Positions 23,771 through 36,740 of a DNA stretch of 64,000 bases are shown one piece after another (positions within the stretch are counted from its first letter, which is position 1; every line of letters starts with the position of its first letter). The position numbers and the translations under genes are program-made. Source of the DNA: Octopus sinensis (lineage: Eukaryota). The stretch covers positions 65,534,001-65,598,000 of the forward strand of contig NC_043000.1 in NCBI RefSeq assembly GCF_006345805.1. Direction: 5' to 3'. A model generated the notes under the pieces. It ran no database searches, had not been told where the DNA came from, and saw only the letters and a program-made list of their open reading frames with translations.

Positions 23771-26476
23771 ACAAAAGAAAAAAAATATAAATATTACTTA
23801 AATTCTTGAATAGACAAACATTCTGAGGAGTGTTTAAATTCATATATAAGCTATAACAGCAGGAGTGAATGCAAACACTTTTCTTCCTCGTTTCACAAAA
23901 ATATTATTTTGCACTTGACACCAACTCGTCTGATACTGTTCTTGGTTCTCTAATGCTTATTTCTTGTTTAACAATGATCTAAATTAAAGCCATCCATAAA
24001 AATTTCATGTTAATTTAAATTCCAAACGCTAAATAATACTAGCTATTTCACAAAATTCTTCATTATTTTCAAATTTAATTGAAACATAGACCTCACATAT
24101 CAAAAAAGAATTTTAACAAAGGGATTAAAGGATTTGTTAGAACCGGAAAATGACAAATAAATGAAAGTTTTAAACTTTCTTTCATTCTAAAAGAAACAAC
24201 TGAATGTGTTAAACAACTATTTTATACCAAAACGTTTTTTTAAAAAGTGCTTTTGTTGTAGCCCAGCATATTTATAATCACTAAACTTGTTTCGATAATT
24301 CAAGTTCATAGGTAAAATATACAACTGCTAAAAAAAAACTTCAAATACTCATGAATAAATCATTAGAATACTTTCATAAACGGATTGGCGCGAATTAAAA
24401 TTCTAAAGACAAAACTTTCAACAATTTCTCATGTGATAAAATTTTCATACAACCCGACTATAAAACTGTAAGCGACGGTAGTTTCTGAACTACTAACATT
24501 AGAGTTGACCCAACATTTCACGAGACAAATACAACATCGATTAACAAGCAGTGTTGAACTTTAACATCCCGTTCTTTTATTGGAGTGTATTTCAACAAAT
24601 ATCAATCAGAACCTAGCTTTTCCAAGTTAGGTACAACTTCTTGTTAAATAAATACAATGCATGGTGTATGAGGTATAAAAATAATGAAAGTAAGAAAAAT
24701 TCTTCTAAAGTTATAATAAAATATCAACATTATAGTAAAAAAATATATTAAAATTTAGACTGTAAACAATATTCAGTACAATAATTTATCGCCCGCATTA
24801 AAAAAAAAAGTTTCTTGAAGAACTGACTTCTTGAATAAAGTAAAAGGTAACTTGCATATAATTCAGGGTTTTAATACAAGGAATATCCCCATTCAGTTAA
24901 TTTCCGAATCAACGTGAAAGGAAAAAATTTCAACGTAAAAAAAAAAAATTACGCCTATGTTATATCATCAAAATATACCCAAATACACCTAATCGCTGTT
25001 ACGATTAATACACTTCCTTTAGAATCAACGTGTATGTAATCTAGCACTGACTGAGAAAAAAAAATTAACAACAAAACATATTTTTCCTATTCTAATTTAC
25101 GAAGAATATTCTGAGTGAAGTTACACTGAAAAGTATTTTTATATCGAAATAGAAAATTAGCAAAATATCGTATTCCAATGGCTTTGCTGCTATGTAGTAA
25201 CTAAAACAGTTACAGCTGTGTCATTAGCAAATGAGAGAAAGAACGAGGGAGGAAGTGGATAGAGGTGTAGGGTGAAGTAATTTCCAATATTACACCCGTT
25301 GAAAAGTAGATTTTCGCAGGAAATAAATCCTGTAAATTGTAGAATGAGAAAACATTCCGTACGTTGCAGGTGTATTACAAAAAATATTCTGATGTGACGA
25401 TGAACAATATTTTAAATAAATTCTTTAGACCGTGAAAAAAAAGAAACTGTTGGTAACGATTCGAGTTAATTTCCATCATAAAAATCTGTTTTATATAATA
25501 AGCTCTATAATAAAGAAGCAGTAATGTGAAGAATCCAGACCAAGATGAAAACGGAAGATGATAAAGAAAACATTTGAAACGTAGCAAGTAGGGGAGAGGG
25601 TAATCAAAACATGAACAGCGGGTCCAAAACGTAAATCGAAGTTGTGTTTTGATGATAGTTTTTTAAAAAAAAAATTGAAAAAATCCTTCTGTGATTCATC
25701 AACAGCACAACATATCTATATAAAAAAATAGGAAGATATTTTGAATTGCAAAAGATATTTTAAGAATGTATGTCTTAATTCCTTCGAAGAATTAGCAAAA
25801 TTTAAATGTGGGATTTTTGATTTAAGCAACAAAATGGAAAAACTATTAGTTGCTTCGATTCTTGTATATAAAATCTGTGACAATAAAGCAAATTAAAAAT
25901 AAAATATTAATGTTATCAAATTACAATTCTTTTTTGCAAAATGAGTTTTGATATTTTATTCCATGACAAACAACCAAAAATTGCTAACAACAAACAATTC
26001 TACGAACCAATAATTATATAATTATTTCTAAAGTATTCGCAACTGGGAAATATTTTACATGTAATTAATATATATATGTAGAGAAAGAATGTCGAGAAAA
26101 AATACAAAAGAAAAAATAAAGAAAAAGCGAGAAACCCACTAATACTATAATTCTAATGTACAGATAGATCGATTATTGAGGGAAGAAAATATCTGACTGC
26201 AACTCACACGAACTTAACAGTTGCAATGCTGAAGTGTACAAGTAACACCTATTTCTGATCAGCAATCAATTTATGCAAGAATTACGGAAATGCAGCAAGC
26301 AAGCAGCATGTTAATGAAAGTAGAAATTGATAAACAAGCACAAGTATATATCAGTATATAATGTCATATGGAGAACTTTCAATAATCCACACACAAAACT
26401 TTGCTTCTGCAAAAAGAAAAAAAAATCTTTTAAGAAATAAATGTATTTGTAATTAAATATATTTATTTATACTTAC

Positions 26477-26504
26477 AGGCACTTATCTTCGGAATAATTT
26501 GGGC
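26477..26504 (-). other. Candidate 28-nt 5'UTR micro-exon of the 932-aa gene
   Basis: Minus strand tgtttttag|gcccaaattattccgaagataagtgcct|gtaagt: an AG acceptor with a strong GTAAGT donor. Confidence 0.35.
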
Positions 26505-26579
26505 CTAAAAACATACATGTGTATATAAGTCAGTGTCTTTCTTAAATGAAGGTATAAAATATACGTTTGTATGTATGTA

Positions 26580-26850
26580 TATAATCCGACTGCAGATAAA
26601 CTGTTACGGTGTCCTTATAGTTCCGTATAGAAAGCCGTGCGAGATGTTTAATGCCGATCGCTGTTGAGTTACAGTCAGTGAGAGGCTACGGAAACACACA
26701 CACACTTTCAACAAAGCACAATCGCAAAATGGCTGACTACAAACCGATGAAAGCGAGGCGACTATACGATCTAATGCGATCACTATGAATAGATGAAGAG
26801 TGAGTGACGCAGCGCGTATTTCAATAGCATCACGTGGTATTCATTGCCTA
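26580..26850. promoter_or_regulatory. CpG-rich promoter-like island, likely TSS region of the minus-strand gene
   Basis: Local CpG/GC enrichment in unique sequence, YY1-like aaaatggctg near 26727, and candidate minus donor gacacc|gtaaca near 26605. Confidence 0.45.
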
Positions 26851-28244
26851 CAATAGGCGAAGCGACCTAGTTATGATCAGCTCTGCAGATGGGGCAGTTA
26901 AGTTAATACGTTCGATATCTGCTTTCATCCCGTGAAACCTCAGCAATGTTTCGGGACAGCAAGCTGAATGAAGTCTGACGAATGGGTGTAATTGATGACT
27001 ATTACCTGCCGTATCTCCGGTGCCAATTGCTGATACTGCTACAACTAACCCTTCAGTCGTTGATGCCTGTGATTCATTGCAAAAGGCGATGACTTAATTC
27101 AGTCGTGCCTGCTTGGTCTATAAGAGATTGGTGGCGGCGAAGGTGGTGGTGGTGGCAGTTATAGTGGCGGTGGAAGTGGTGGTGGTGGTTAATCAGAACG
27201 TAAAGAATTAAAGCCTGAGATAAAAAGGATAAGTTGTCTGCATATAAGGCGGCATTGCAAGTTGAAGTAGTGTTCACAGAAAAACATAACAATAGAATCT
27301 TTTGAAGGAATAATTTGTATTTTTTGCAGTTTAGTTTTAAGTAGCCTAATTCGTTATTATTTGTGTAAAACGACATTCTAACGTGGCAAGAAAAAAGGAA
27401 AATAAACGAATATTTAATATAGTTTCAAGATTAATCTTTACACCTCAATTTTACTAAATGCATGTATGTTTGACTTTTTGGAGAGGGGAATTCTGGACTT
27501 TAAATTTTTTTATAAGGCTAGGTTTCAAGATTTTAATTTTTATAACTGTTAAAAACAAACAGTGAAATAGATAAGAGAAACACTATTGATAAGAACCTTG
27601 TCGGATTTTTATATTTTTCTTTTTATTCTTACTCTTATGACGTGCGTCTTCTCACTGAGTAAATTGATTTTCACGCCTGAAACGATGTAATAAATATGTC
27701 TATCACCAATCAACAAGCAGAATTTAGTTTTATTTCTCTGTGCATACACATACAACGTCATTAGGGCGTAAACATTCTTTTTTTTTCTTTTTTAAAGTAT
27801 AATTTTCTAAGTTATAACATTTTCCGTCGAAGAAATACGTATAGATTTCTTTAAATAGCAGTCAGTCTTTATGAGACAGTTGTCTCTGTCAAATTACAAA
27901 TTCCCTAAATGCTAACATTTGGATTCTAATATGTGCAGGGTTCTCTATCGAGTAACGATAGCCTGAAGTTCACATGATCAAAGTCATAGGTTTCTTTTTC
28001 TTTCTTTTTTCTTCTGGAAGTGATACTTAAGTGAGTATATGTTTGTCAAATTAGTGACGGGTAGGATTTAGGTGCATGCGTTGTTTCCAAAAGGAATATC
28101 TGCCAAAACATTACCAGTCGAGAATCCCTAACGGACTTGTACACAGACAAACATATTAGTAATTTGTTAGATTCGACTAATTATTAACAACAACATTGTT
28201 TCCGTTCGTTTGTTATTTTTAAATTTATTTTTCAGCCTTAATAA

Positions 28245-28252
28245 TAATAATG

Positions 28253-28295
<43 letters not shown>
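28245..28295. repeat. (AAT)n microsatellite
   Basis: Directly visible. Confidence 0.95.
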
Positions 28296-28297
<2 letters not shown>

Positions 28298-29432
28298 GCT
28301 TCTTCACAAGAGATATAAGTGTAATATAAGGAAACAACTAGTAATTAAAATAAAATGAAATAAGAAAAATGAGAAACGAGAAGAGGATAATCTCTTCAAG
28401 GTGACAGACGTCTAAAGTACGTGACCTTTAAATTATGCTAGTCTTCATAAGCGTTAACTTAAATTACAAATATTTTTATTCATACACATATATATTTTCA
28501 GTGAATTCTATAGTCAGAGCAAACAAAGTAGTTGTTGTATGAAAGATCAACACAAGAACTGTTTCTAATGTCGAAAATGAAATTAGGTCAGAGCAATATA
28601 CGAAAAACGTAATCTAGATATAATTAGTAATAATAGCTGGTCTCGGCCAACAAACATGAAATACAGCATTGGAAAATATTGAGGACAACCTAGCAAAAAC
28701 ACCAATCGACTTATTGCTTAAACTTTATTTATCCATTCTGCCATCAAATACATGCGACAATCGATTGCCATGCATAAAACATAGTCTGGCCGTAGAAATA
28801 CTAGAAAACAATAGATTTGGAAGAATTGACTTTATTGAACTGGTCGTTGTCCGTAAAACTCTACAGAAATTAATTGGTTAGATTTATTAATCTTCGAAAT
28901 TTGGTAGGATTTCATCCAAATATGTCTTGCCAAAATTGTTTCTGATTTATTCATGATTTCAAGAATCGAAGCGAGATCGCGCCAAGCTTTTAATTTCAAT
29001 TTTTAATTTTGGAATCGTTGTTTGAAGAGATTTTTTAGACTTTATTCTCTGTGCGGTACAGTAGATGGAAGCTCACGGCCAACCGAATTCATAATTTAGT
29101 TTGCTTCGCGTTTAAAGCAATTTATCTTATGCTAACAAATGCGTTTGCAAAGCACAGGAACGTTACTAAATTGCATTCCGGTTTTCACAAAAATCCATTG
29201 TGCTTACGTGTTGAATCTGTATACATCACTGGATACCGGATTCTTTCATCCGCTTCAAAGTTCAAGTTGTTATGTATGTAAGTATGTATGTATGTATGTA
29301 TGTATGTATGTATGTATGTATGTATGTATGTATGTATGTATGTATGTATTTATGCATGTATGTATGTATGTATGTAAATGGATAGACAGACAAATAGATA
29401 GATAGACAAATAGATGAGTAAGTATGTGTGTA

Positions 29433-29493
<61 letters not shown>

Positions 29494-29655
29494 CGGGAAA
29501 CTTTATGAAAATAAACAAAAGACGAAGGCAGGTTTACGGAAATAAACAAAAGACGAAGGCAGGTGGAATACAAACAAACAATTGTATTAGTATGGCGCTC
29601 CAGTAGTTCATATATCCGAAAAAGAAGACAAGAAGTTCAAAGTTATGCTCAGTCT

Positions 29656-29800
29656 TAGAGTGACCATTGGTTTCGTATCTATAAAGTACTTAGGAGTATA
29701 GGCGACTCATCAGGCTCAAAAGGTACCTTCAGCCATTTGAGTATGACGAGTTGCCTATACTGCCAAGCGCTTTATAGGCGAGAAACCAATGGTCACTCTA
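29656..29800. repeat. 145-bp fold-back (MITE-like) hairpin
   Basis: 65-bp arms with a 15-nt loop. The outer 19 bp are perfect (tagagtgaccattggtttc / gaaaccaatggtcactcta) and there are about 12 internal mismatches. Confidence 0.85.
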
Positions 29801-29855
29801 TGACCGGTAATAACTTTTAACTTCCTCTCTCTCTATCTCTCACTCTCTCTGCCTC

Positions 29856-29922
<67 letters not shown>

Positions 29923-29923
<1 letters not shown>

Positions 29924-30488
29924 TGGGTTGTCCGGAAAGTTCGTGCCGATTTATAGTAGCATACCTTCCGACTTATTTTAGAACATGGTTGAGTTCATAA
30001 AATAGGATTTGACTACACCTCCATTTAGAGCACAGTTTAAGATATCTTTTCCTGGAAGAAGGCTCATGTTCCTATAACCTGTGTTAATTTTGTAACCCTT
30101 TAAAATGGAAGATAAGAAAGTTCATTTTCGGCACTTGATGCTTTGGGAACCAGACAAAAATTGCTGCAGCTCAGCTGTGATGTGTTACCCCACCCTCTAT
30201 ATTCACCAGATATTGCTCCTTCGGATTTCCACTTATTCAGGTCTCTGCAGAATAGTTTTAATGGTAAAAATTTCTATTCCTTGGATGACGTAAAAAGATA
30301 CCTTGATGAATTATTTGCCATGAAACCACGTCAAATCTGGGAAGATGGTATTTTCAAGTTAAAGGAAAGATAGAGACGCATTGTGCAACAAAATAGTTCA
30401 TATTTGGTTGATTAAAAATGTAATGGCAAGTATTTATAGACCTTTTTCTTTCCTTTAAAAGTCGGCACGAACTTTCCGGACAACCCGA
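29923..30488 (+). mobile_element. Internally deleted mariner element (566 bp)
   Basis: 27-bp TIRs (ttgggttgtccggaaagttcgtgccga / tcggcacgaactttccggacaacccga, one mismatch) with TA on both sides. N-terminus MEDKKVHFRHLMLWE is fused to the C-terminus HPLYSPDIAPSDFHLFRSLQN. Confidence 0.93.
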
Positions 30489-31044
30489 TATATATTATGA
30501 CTAATTTACATGGTAGAAAGAAAATGGTACTCTATTTTATATATCGAAATATGATTGCTTTTAGTTGTTTTTAAAAACTTTGCCTTTAGTGGAAAAATGT
30601 GTTTCCCATAAAAAAAAAAGATATATTTACATTTCAGTCGAGAAGAGAGCGGAAAAGCAGCAGCGGCAATTCGTATTTTGTAGCTGACACTATACTGTGT
30701 TCATTCCAAGAAACCTAACTCTGATCAACCAAGCTCAGTTAATATAAATAGAAACCATACACTGATATACCATTCTTCAAAACTTTGAGATAGAGGGTAC
30801 CATTCTACTAGCAAATAGTTGGTAGAGTTTTCCACGCATTTCACGGAAAGAACTGTTTGTCAGTCGTGTAATTTGTACAAAAAGTGGGATCATAGTATGT
30901 GAAAGGTTTAATACTGGTTTCAGTGTCTTTTATCCTTGCGGGGTTTATGAAAACAGTACCAGTTGAGTACTGCAGTCAATGTGATAGACTAGTTCCCTAT
31001 CCCAAATTTTCAAGCTTTATATCTAGAAAGGAACTCTTACTTGT

Positions 31045-31418
31045 TTCAATCATTGGACTGTGGCCATGCTGGGGCACTATGCTGAAGAATTTTAGCCGAA
31101 CGAATGATCCTCCACCCCACCCAGTACTTCCTTTATTTTTAAGCCCGGTATTTGTTCTATCGGTCTCCATGACCGAACTGCTAAGTTGCCATGACGTAGA
31201 CGTATTAACACCGGTTGTCAAGCGGTGGTGGGAGAGAAAAAAACATAAATACATACATATGCGCGCGCACGCACACACACACATGCATATATTTCCGCCT
31301 ACCAAATCCACTAACAAGGCTTTGGTGTGCTTGGAACTATAGTAGAAGACATTTGCCCTAAGGTGCCATACAGAGGGACTGAACTCGGATTCATGTGGTT
31401 GGTAAGCAAACTTTTTAC
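31045..31418 (-). mobile_element. Full-length SINE family A
   Basis: Body (ggccatgctggggcac..ctatcggtctc..ccggttgtcaagcg), short microsatellite, and head (ctaccaaatccact..ctatagtagaagac..aaggtgcc..ggactgaactc). Confidence 0.8.
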
Positions 31419-33149
31419 CTATTTATTTGTTTGTTTGTTTGCTTATTGTATATTAGCTATCCAATTTGAATTTGTAAAAATTTTAATTCATATTATTTTT
31501 AAAAAAGAATTCGGTTTCTTACCAAATTATGATATAGCCGAGTCTCAATTAGTGGAAATTGACACTTTTATGAACGCAGTAATTCCATTATGTTCCTTGT
31601 ATTGCTGCTGCCTTTTGCAGAAGGAAAACAAGCTGAATGACACACTATCCTTAGTCATCTATTTTTATGGTCGTCTTCAGGGCATAGGTAATTAAGCAGC
31701 ACAAATTTTTCTGATTCGTTTTCTTTTATTATTTCTTCCTTATTATATCTGAACGTTACAACATAAAAGAAAATAGAATACAAGAAAATAGTATGAAAGA
31801 AATATGAAATTGAAAGAGGAGCGTCTGCTTTTCAAAGATGGAGGTTGGGGAATATAAAAGTAGATGAATAAACTTTGATCTACCCTGTTTGTAAACACAC
31901 TTAAAATATTTGAGGAAATACGGAGATGAAGAGAAACGCTTGTAACATATATACTCAAGCGTGACAGGACTGTAGCCTTCTGATTTGCGAACATAAGAAC
32001 AACTGTTACTAGAGTGAAACATGACATTTCTCACCAAACAGACTTATTTAAGTGATTTCAGCAGGGAAATTTTTTTTCTTCTGAAAGATTAGTTACAACT
32101 TATTTTTAAAAGGGTTAGAAATGACAATTTTGAAATTGTTTTATGTTTCCTGATCAAGTAATTATGTTTTTGAAATGAATAGTTTTAATTGAATGAGAAT
32201 TTTGATGGAACATACTCTGAATGTTTTGAATATTTTACTCTTTTCACATAATAAAAAAAAATGTCTCTAATAATCATAATATTATGACACTGAATTTTTG
32301 GGAATAAGATATTTAACTTTTTGTCTGTCCCGTGTATCTTATGTGATGCACACGACATATTTCCACACATTTCATATATGGTACACATCCCCCCACTTTT
32401 TTTTTCTTTCATCCATTAAAGTAAATTAGGAGTTATGAAAGGAAAGCTTCATATAATTCAGAACATATGAAACAAAGGCTAAGTCTGAAAACAAGCATGG
32501 ACGTTTCGGAAAAACGTATGAAAATGCTTTGACTAGATGAAGCATTGACCTGTTTCTGTGTTACGCAGTGGTGGCTCGTAGATAAAATTAGTGAGAGTGC
32601 TGCTTCAGAAAATTTTTAGCCGTTATTTTAATATTGTGTAAAAGGAAACAAACATATGAAAAAAATACATACATAAATTTGATCGGTTCGCGTTTTGGCC
32701 ACTGCCAGGTAGTGTGTCTAATTTGTTCACTGAATACTGTCGCGAGTTCCCCCTTGTTTTTAAAAAATGTTCCCTAAATCACAAAATAGGGGGAGGGGGA
32801 TGTGCTTTATTTTTCAAATCTTGGCAGCACTGAAGCTGGAAGCAGGATAATGATCTAATTCTACACTTTATCACATTCAAGAATATAAACACGTTTTTAA
32901 ACACAACACACGCGGAGTCAAAAAGAAACACTACCTTTCACCGGAACACCGGTCGGCACTGTCGTTCACGTAGTGCTCTCTCTCCCTAGCGTGCAGCTTC
33001 CTATCTCGGACATGTGAACATGCGCACAACAGCCAAACACCTGTGAAGTGCACAGTTCTATACAAGGATTTTTGTACTTTTTTCATAAACTAGGGCATGA
33101 CTACTGACATTAAGCTTGAGGATTATATAATGTACAAGTATAAAGAAAG

Positions 33150-33600
33150 AATTAAAGGAAAAAGGACTCATTATATTGAACGTTATTGATAATACTGAGT
33201 GGAAATAGGGGGTGCTGCAATTCCACAATGCCTATACTCGAGACGCCACTGGTGTTATGTAACATACTCGAACATTTACTATGTTTACAGTCAGTGCTTC
33301 CCCCAAGTCTAATAACCTGTTTAAACTGTTCGGCTACAGTAAGGTGAATACTTTCTTGAGGACCTAGTACGCCTTTCCTCAAGCTTCACATGACTGGACA
33401 GTTTCGGACAGAACTTTGCAGCAGTCCATGGAAGGCATTCTTTTGTATTATTAGTTCCAACTAGTTGGTAGTTTTTAAACCGTTGTGAATAAGAATAAAC
33501 TTTAGAAGACCTCGTAATTATGGTTACTGTCCCTTTTTTGATGACTGACATTATTTCAGGAGACTGTATCGCCATGTCCTTTTAAACATCTTGCCCATTA
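33150..33600 (-). mobile_element. Possible degenerate integrase-type DNA transposon C-terminus (KRBA2/SCAN-integrase-like)
   Basis: Weak echoes only: NYQLVGTNN..KFCP followed by a GG..CKHSKC Cys cluster, across frames. Confidence 0.2.
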
Positions 33601-34199
33601 CTTGTGATTCGTAAGCGATTCAGAGGCTTAACACGGAACAAATAACACCTGTGTTTAATATCGAAGAGAAATGCTCTAAGCCCAAGCCTAACGAAATGGT
33701 CACATCTAAGTGATTATTGACTTCACAACGTCAGCTTCGTTTTCTGGGAAAACCCCGAGTTTTGATGATGTGTATTTCTTATCATGGTAAAATAATGCTG
33801 TTCGGAATTATTTCGAATTGTGTGTCATATTTCTTATAGTTCTTCATTATTTTTTCTCGTTATTTTAGAATTTGTTGCTGCTACTATTCACTTTTGTGTT
33901 GATTTAGCTGTTTTGTTTTGTTTTTAAGATGAGTAAATTTTGTATTATATTTGTTATTGCTTCTCTTTATTTCGAAATAAAAAAAAAACAAAGAGAAAAT
34001 GCCTGTTTCTTAATTGCTTGGAAATAACATCACGCGTTTTAATTGTAGGAGTGAAAAAAGAAAAAAACTCCGTGGGATAAAAGTTAAGCAAACCGAAAAG
34101 GCTGTAGGAAACAAACAATAAAAAAGTGATAAAAAAGGAAGTCTTTGCTCTGACAGAGAATATAAATATGATGAAATTGTGTAATATTGCCAGACTGTC

Positions 34200-34700
34200 A
34201 TCGTTGCGTCTCGCTGCGAGTTCGTCTTTCGGCGACGACGCCCACCAGCCCGAAGCGCGGCGGGAACGGCGCGGATATGTAACGGAGCAGAGGGACGGCG
34301 ACGGCGACGAAAGCAAGAGAGGGGTGAAAAAACAAGAGTACCGGAGAAATACTCCGTTTCCTTGCGTCCACCGCTTACGCATCGTACTCTCCCTCCTGGT
34401 TCCTTTTCGTTTCCGCCGTGACCGCCGCCGTCGGTCGGCATTCGCTCAGTGGATCGCCATGAGAGCGTTCGTCCACACCGATGGAGCAGCAGCCGCCGCA
34501 CATCGCACTTTTTTTGCAATTTCTCTTATATTGCCCTCGATTCGGACGGGACTACTCGTCGAACTTAAGCATTTCGCTAAGCGGAGGAAAGGGAACCAAC
34601 CGGGATTCCGTAAGTAATGGCGAATGAACCGGGAGAAGCCCAACGCCGAATCTCGTCGGCCGCACCGGAGGTCGAGGGCTGAAAAAAAAGAGAAATTGTA
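34200..34700. promoter_or_regulatory. CpG/GC-rich first-exon or promoter island, orientation unresolved
   Basis: Strong CpG enrichment. Minus strand: acceptor tttctctttttttttcag| (exon start 34678) and donor ATGC|gtaagc (exon end 34379). Plus strand: gccATG at 34459 and donor ttcc|gtaagt at 34610. Confidence 0.6.
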
Positions 34701-34937
34701 TAACTTTTACGAAAACGAAACCGATGTTGTGAACTAACATTTTTACTATTACAAGGTTCATCATTTAAACATTCCCCAGCCTTACATCCTGTAAATTTGG
34801 TTATCTTTAATTTCATTGAACTTAATTTATTCTAATCCTACTGTGACCTTCCTTCTTAAGTCTATTATCTGATATTTTCGACATACTTGACAAATTAACC
34901 ATACGTTAGCATTTTTCATTTCCTTTGTAACATCTTC

Positions 34938-35062
34938 ACATACATACATACATACATATAAACATACATACATACATGCATGTATGTATGCATACATACA
35001 TACACATAGATACATACATGAATACATACATACATACATACATACATACATACATACATACA

Positions 35063-35094
<32 letters not shown>

Positions 35095-35216
35095 AACATA
35101 CATACATACATGCATGTATGTATGCATACATACATACACATAGATACATACATGAATACATACATACATACATACATACATACATACATACATACATACA
35201 TACATACATACATACA

Positions 35217-35247
<31 letters not shown>
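34938..35247. repeat. (TACA)n array with a 134-bp higher-order duplication
   Basis: Variant series tataaa / tgcatgtatgtatgca / cacataga / tgaa appears twice (tataaacata at 34957 and 35091). Confidence 0.85.
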
Positions 35248-35248
<1 letters not shown>

Positions 35249-35789
35249 ATTCCCCATTGACAGGACAGGCGTTTTAAAAACTCTCGCCCAGTTTCTTACT
35301 TCAAACTAACAACTGCCACTTCTCAATAATTTCCGAGGAAAATATCTGAAATTTTATTTTTTTAGAAAGTATTTATTTTTTTTATTAAAAAAAAGTTGAT
35401 ATTTTCCCAGGATTGAAGACTCTTTAAGTATTGAGAAGTGGTACTGCACGAAGTCATAATAAAATTATTTTATTGAGCTTGAAATAAAAATCTAATTCCG
35501 AACAGAAACAATTTAAATCTTTTGTCATGAAAGTAGGTATTGTAAAAAAAAACAAAAAAAAAACCAAAAAAAAACCCATTTCAATCCGCCAATGTGAGGA
35601 GGGAAGAAGAGGAAACGGATGTTAGTGTATATTGACGACGTAGATGAAGTGGCTTCAGTTGGAAATAACCTAAGCACAAATTCGTTTCTTCTTGAACTCG
35701 TTATGCATGTGAATGATATAGCGATTTCTTGATATATTTCCTGTGCATGCTATAACAGCGACAAATATATAAAAATATATGAGGCTCTG

Positions 35790-36265
35790 GCAACATACTC
35801 TTTCTTTGGCAGTCATAATGCTTATGTCGAATGTGACATTTAAGTCCCATCAACGATTTGCAAAGAAAGCCACAGATGTTGCAAGTATGAGAATTACAGG
35901 TCAGTGCAGGTGGTATATTTGCAGCCGATTTTCTCCTTTGCTTTGCACCCCGAAGCCTGTTAATGCTGGTTGCAACAAAGTTTTTAATATCATTTTGACA
36001 CAACAATTTCCATTTTGTTCGTTCCAAGGTTTTTCGGCCAAAGGTGTTGTGAGCTATTTTCGTCTCTAAGAGGTTACTCTTCAGCTTGTCCTTATATCTG
36101 AGCCATGGTCGACCAACATTCCTGTGCACACTCACAGACTGGCTGTACATGAGGACTTTGGGTATTCTTTCGTCACTCATTCCGACGACATGGCCAACCC
36201 AGCGCAATGGTGGTTGTATAAGGAAGCTCTCAATTCCACCAATTTTACACTTGCTAAACAAGTCG
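35790..36265 (-). mobile_element. RTE (Bov-B-like) LINE 3' end
   Basis: GIESFLIQPPLRWVGHVVGMSDERIPKVLMYSQ..GRPWLRYKDKLKSNL..W followed by a terminal C2H2 finger CNICGFLCKSLMGLKCHIRHKH. Confidence 0.9.
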
Positions 36266-36574
36266 GCATATATATATATATATATATATAAATATAGGGG
36301 TGAAATATAAAAAATCAACGAAAATGCATATTGTAGATATAAAAAGGATATATATATATATACACACACACACACATACACACACACACACACATACTTC
36401 AAACTACCAGTTCAACACCTTTCTACTGACCATTCTCTTACGCACACGTGACCGGGACACACTAAACAAAAGACAGTCACTCCTACTATAAATTCTTCCT
36501 ACGACATTAAGCGACACAAAGTTCATTCACACATACACATATAAACAGCCAAAATTTCACACACATATATATAT

Positions 36575-36740
36575 TCTTTTATTTGTTTCAGTCATTTGAC
36601 TGCGGCCATGCTGGAGCACCACCTTTAGTCGAGCAAATCGACCCCAGGCATACAAAGAATAAGTCCTGTGGTCAATTTCTTCGACTAAAGGCGGTGCTCC
36701 AGGATAGCCGCAGTCAAATGACAAACAAGCAAAAGAATAA
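36575..36740 (-). mobile_element. SINE family A body (short)
   Basis: tttcagtcatttgactgcggccatgctggagcaccacctttagtcgagcaaatcgacccc. The sequence turns back on itself (cgactaaaggcggtgctccagg..ccgcagtcaaatgac). Confidence 0.75.

Noticed and set aside
26727-26790. Plus-strand ATG in aaaATGGCTGAC as a gene start
   Set aside because: Stops after 19 codons. Better read as a YY1-like motif.
26870-26980. C/D-box snoRNA candidate (ATGATCA..CTGA)
   Set aside because: Box C is imperfect, there is no terminal stem, and I recognise no rRNA guide.
27125-27195. Gly-rich peptide IGGGEGGGGGSYSGGGSGGGG*
   Set aside because: Arises from a degenerate (GGT)n repeat, with no open upstream frame or acceptor.
29208-29275. 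Possible minus-strand exon ending CAC|GTAAGC (EADERIRYPVMYTDST)
   Set aside because: No pyrimidine-rich acceptor. It runs into (TACA)n.
34126-34617. 163-aa plus ORF and overlapping minus ORFs as complete genes
   Set aside because: Long ORFs occur in several frames because GC-rich DNA lacks stops. No recognisable domain. Reported only as an exon or promoter candidate.
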